Positions 61,796 through 64,000 of a stretch of 64,000 bases of DNA are shown in pieces. The DNA comes from a virus: positions 3,835 through 67,834 of IMG/VR virus record IMGVR_UViG_3300021963_000113. The stretch is one strand, 5' to 3'. Both the position numbers and the translations under genes were made by a program. Numbering within the stretch: position 1 is the stretch's first letter; every line of letters begins with the position of its first letter. The notes beneath the pieces were generated by a model, which was not told the origin of the DNA, made no database searches, and saw nothing but the letters and a program-made list of their open reading frames with translations.

Positions 61796-62260
61796 ATGAA
61801 AAGATTACTTTTAATCTCTTCGTTATTCTTAATTACTCCTGTAAGTGCTGCTGAAATTACATCCAAAATCACTGATTCTGTTCAATTAGGTGTACAGGGC
61901 GCTGCGGTTCAATCTACAAGGATTGGAGCATCATACTCCGTTTCAGGAACCAACATTCAATCATCTGCATTTGGCGGTGTTGCTGGTGCTGGAACATACT
62001 CAATCAATACAGCAGGTCAAGCATTTAGCTTCTCAGAAAGTTTCAATGCTGCTGATACTCCTGTAACCACACAAACAGTTACCAACCAAGGAACAATTAC
62101 ATCACCCAATCTCTATGGAGATAGTGTAACTCAAGTTGGTGGCGAGAAAGGAACTCTCGCTGGCACACTATCTCCTACTGGTGTACCTACTGTTACTGCT
62201 GGTGGTGCAGGAACTACTGCTACAGCACAACGTAGTATTGAATTGAGCGTATTCAAATGA
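61796..62260 (+). CDS. Exported hypothetical protein
   Basis: Signal peptide MKRLLL..PVSA; T/S/G-rich; late element GATAAATA at 61758. Confidence 0.75.
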   Translation: MKRLLLISSLFLITPVSAAEITSKITDSVQLGVQGAAVQSTRIGASYSVSGTNIQSSAFGGVAGAGTYSINTAGQAFSFSESFNAADTPVTTQTVTNQGTITSPNLYGDSVTQVGGEKGTLAGTLSPTGVPTVTAGGAGTTATAQRSIELSVFK

Positions 62261-62616
62261 GAAGAATCCTAGCAGGGTTATTCCTGCTAGGGTTTCATCA
62301 TGCTGCCCTAGCGGAATCTGTTGTGCCTAATTTTACTAGGGGCACAATTACGGCAACAACCGAATCGACTACAAAGATTATAGAAACAATTCGTCAAGTT
62401 GAATATACAACTGGCACATCATACACTGTGACTGGAACTAATATTAACATTCCTGGGAGACCTACTCAGGATTCAAATTATAGTATCATGACTCAGGGTG
62501 CTCCATTCCAGTTCAGTGAAACTTATCTCGGACCTGGAGTGGCAAAAGAAACATGGATAGATCGCACCACAGAAACTCAGTCTACCACAAACTCGGTATC
62601 TGTCTTTACGCAGTAG
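62257..62616 (+). CDS. Exported hypothetical protein
   Basis: Signal peptide ending in ALA; VVPNF motif. Confidence 0.75.
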   Translation: MRRILAGLFLLGFHHAALAESVVPNFTRGTITATTESTTKIIETIRQVEYTTGTSYTVTGTNINIPGRPTQDSNYSIMTQGAPFQFSETYLGPGVAKETWIDRTTETQSTTNSVSVFTQ

Positions 62617-63131
62617 GTTTATATGTATCGCCTGTGCTGGCTCAAACAGCTCCTAGCAACACTAATATTGCTGGGCCTAGTGCTAGTGCTACAGGAAACG
62701 TTACTAACCAAGCGGTTCAAGTCTTACAGGGTCCATACGCCCTCAATACGTTTGGTGCTGGAGTTAGTTGCCAGGGACCAACGATGAGTTTTGCTCCATT
62801 TGCTTTAGCAACTGGAAACGGTAATGATGACCCAGAAACATTTAAATCTTACAGTGGCAACGCTGGTGTAAGTTTGGGATTCAACTTTCCTCTCGATGGA
62901 TCTCTACAAGAATTATGTAAAGCAAGAGTAAATGTTGAAATTGCTAGACAACAAGCAGAAGCAGATAAAGCACGTCTTGATTTTGAATTAGTTAGATTAC
63001 TCAAGTGCGGTGAAGCATACAAGAATGGTATTATGTTTCATCCTGATAGCCCATACTATAAAATTTGTGCTGATGTTGTTGTAAAGTATCCGAAGGTTGA
63101 GGCAGTAGTCAATGCCAATAAACCAAATTAA
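62553..63131 (+). CDS. Putative exported hypothetical protein
   Basis: Hydrophobic leader; VTNQAVQ, SCQGPT and a Cys-containing helical tail. Confidence 0.7.
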   Translation: MDRSHHRNSVYHKLGICLYAVGLYVSPVLAQTAPSNTNIAGPSASATGNVTNQAVQVLQGPYALNTFGAGVSCQGPTMSFAPFALATGNGNDDPETFKSYSGNAGVSLGFNFPLDGSLQELCKARVNVEIARQQAEADKARLDFELVRLLKCGEAYKNGIMFHPDSPYYKICADVVVKYPKVEAVVNANKPN

Positions 63132-63966
63132 TTCTAATTCAATACCGACAATCGGAAATAAACCGATTAACGTATCGAATATAGGCATCAACGGACCAAG
63201 CGTTATACCAACCATCAATCCACCAGTCACCAAAAGTGTAGAGGTGCCAGTGGTGCGTGGTCTTGCGCTGCCTGTATTTGAAGCACCAGACCCATCAATC
63301 AAGTATCCTGTGATTAATGTGCCAACACAGGAAGAGTTTGATGCTGCTGTAAAAGCAGAGCGTGATAAGCAAGCAGCAGAAGAGCAGCAGAAAAGTAGAG
63401 GACTACCAGATAGTAAACCACCCGAATTGCCACAGCAACTGGTGCAATCTGCTACACCACCACCCGTAACAAAAGCAGAGATACCAGCAGAAAATCCAAG
63501 CATTCAGATTGCTGGAATGAATATCGATCTCCCAGACCCCTCTGTGGTCGCCACAGCGGGTGCTGTAGCAGTTGTGACTACTGCCACTACGATGGTCTCT
63601 GGCATCGCCTTAAACATGGTAAAGAATGCCGCTGAACCACTCATCCGTGAAGCAGTGAAGAATAAATTTAAAATCAAACTCAAGCAAGTCAAACCTGTGC
63701 TTCACTATGTCATGACAGACACAGGACACGTTGACATCTTTGAGTATTCTGCTGATGGCACAAAGCTTGTTGACACTACAGACAACGTAGAGAATTATAT
63801 CAGAGCACAAGTAGAAACCAATGCTTTCTACGAAACAGAAAACAAAATTATTATTGATGATGTAGTGGGAGAGACATTCACAAAGGAAGGTCAGAAAAGA
63901 TTCAAGCCTCTGTTTGCTCCTGCGAAGAAGATTGCGAAGAAGTTGTCTGCTCGTCTTTCTTTTTAA
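63112..63966 (+). CDS. Pro-rich hypothetical protein with a central hydrophobic segment
   Basis: 284-aa ORF overlapping the previous gene. Confidence 0.7.
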   Translation: MPINQINSNSIPTIGNKPINVSNIGINGPSVIPTINPPVTKSVEVPVVRGLALPVFEAPDPSIKYPVINVPTQEEFDAAVKAERDKQAAEEQQKSRGLPDSKPPELPQQLVQSATPPPVTKAEIPAENPSIQIAGMNIDLPDPSVVATAGAVAVVTTATTMVSGIALNMVKNAAEPLIREAVKNKFKIKLKQVKPVLHYVMTDTGHVDIFEYSADGTKLVDTTDNVENYIRAQVETNAFYETENKIIIDDVVGETFTKEGQKRFKPLFAPAKKIAKKLSARLSF

Positions 63967-64000
63967 TAGCAACCTCTGTGAGCAGCGAAGAGAATGCTGC

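Noticed and set aside
1-64000. CRISPR array, IS elements, rRNA or an alternative genetic code
   Set aside because: No regularly spaced repeats, transposase or rRNA were seen, and conserved genes read through in code 11 with all three stop codons used.

Overview
This window is a segment of a T4-like cyanomyovirus genome. It carries baseplate, tail and head-completion genes (gp5, gp26, gp51, gp4, gp2, gp48, gp53), replication and late-transcription genes (gp32, gp33, rnh, thyX, phoH), and host-derived metabolic genes (psbA, two hli, petF, pebS, cpeT, cp12, speD). It also has 16 tRNAs, PhotoRC-II-like, manA-like and tandem glutamine-riboswitch-like RNAs, TTGACA-N17-TATAAT early promoters and NATAAATA late promoters. 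The main finding is in the 3787-aa late protein (980-12343), which contains four nested phycobiliprotein-like units. These keep the KCxRD chromophore cysteine, and three keep a second, beta-155-like cysteine. The gene lies directly downstream of pebS, with petF and a T-type bilin lyase in the same window, which suggests a phage-encoded bilin-decorated virion protein. Other candidates are a -1 frameshift joining gp26 to gp51, a 51-aa ORF nested inside a glutamine aptamer, repeated structured RNAs in tRNA spacers, a long-arm tRNA(UAU) and a microprotein array. All calls come from reading the sequence and recalling family motifs; no searches were run.
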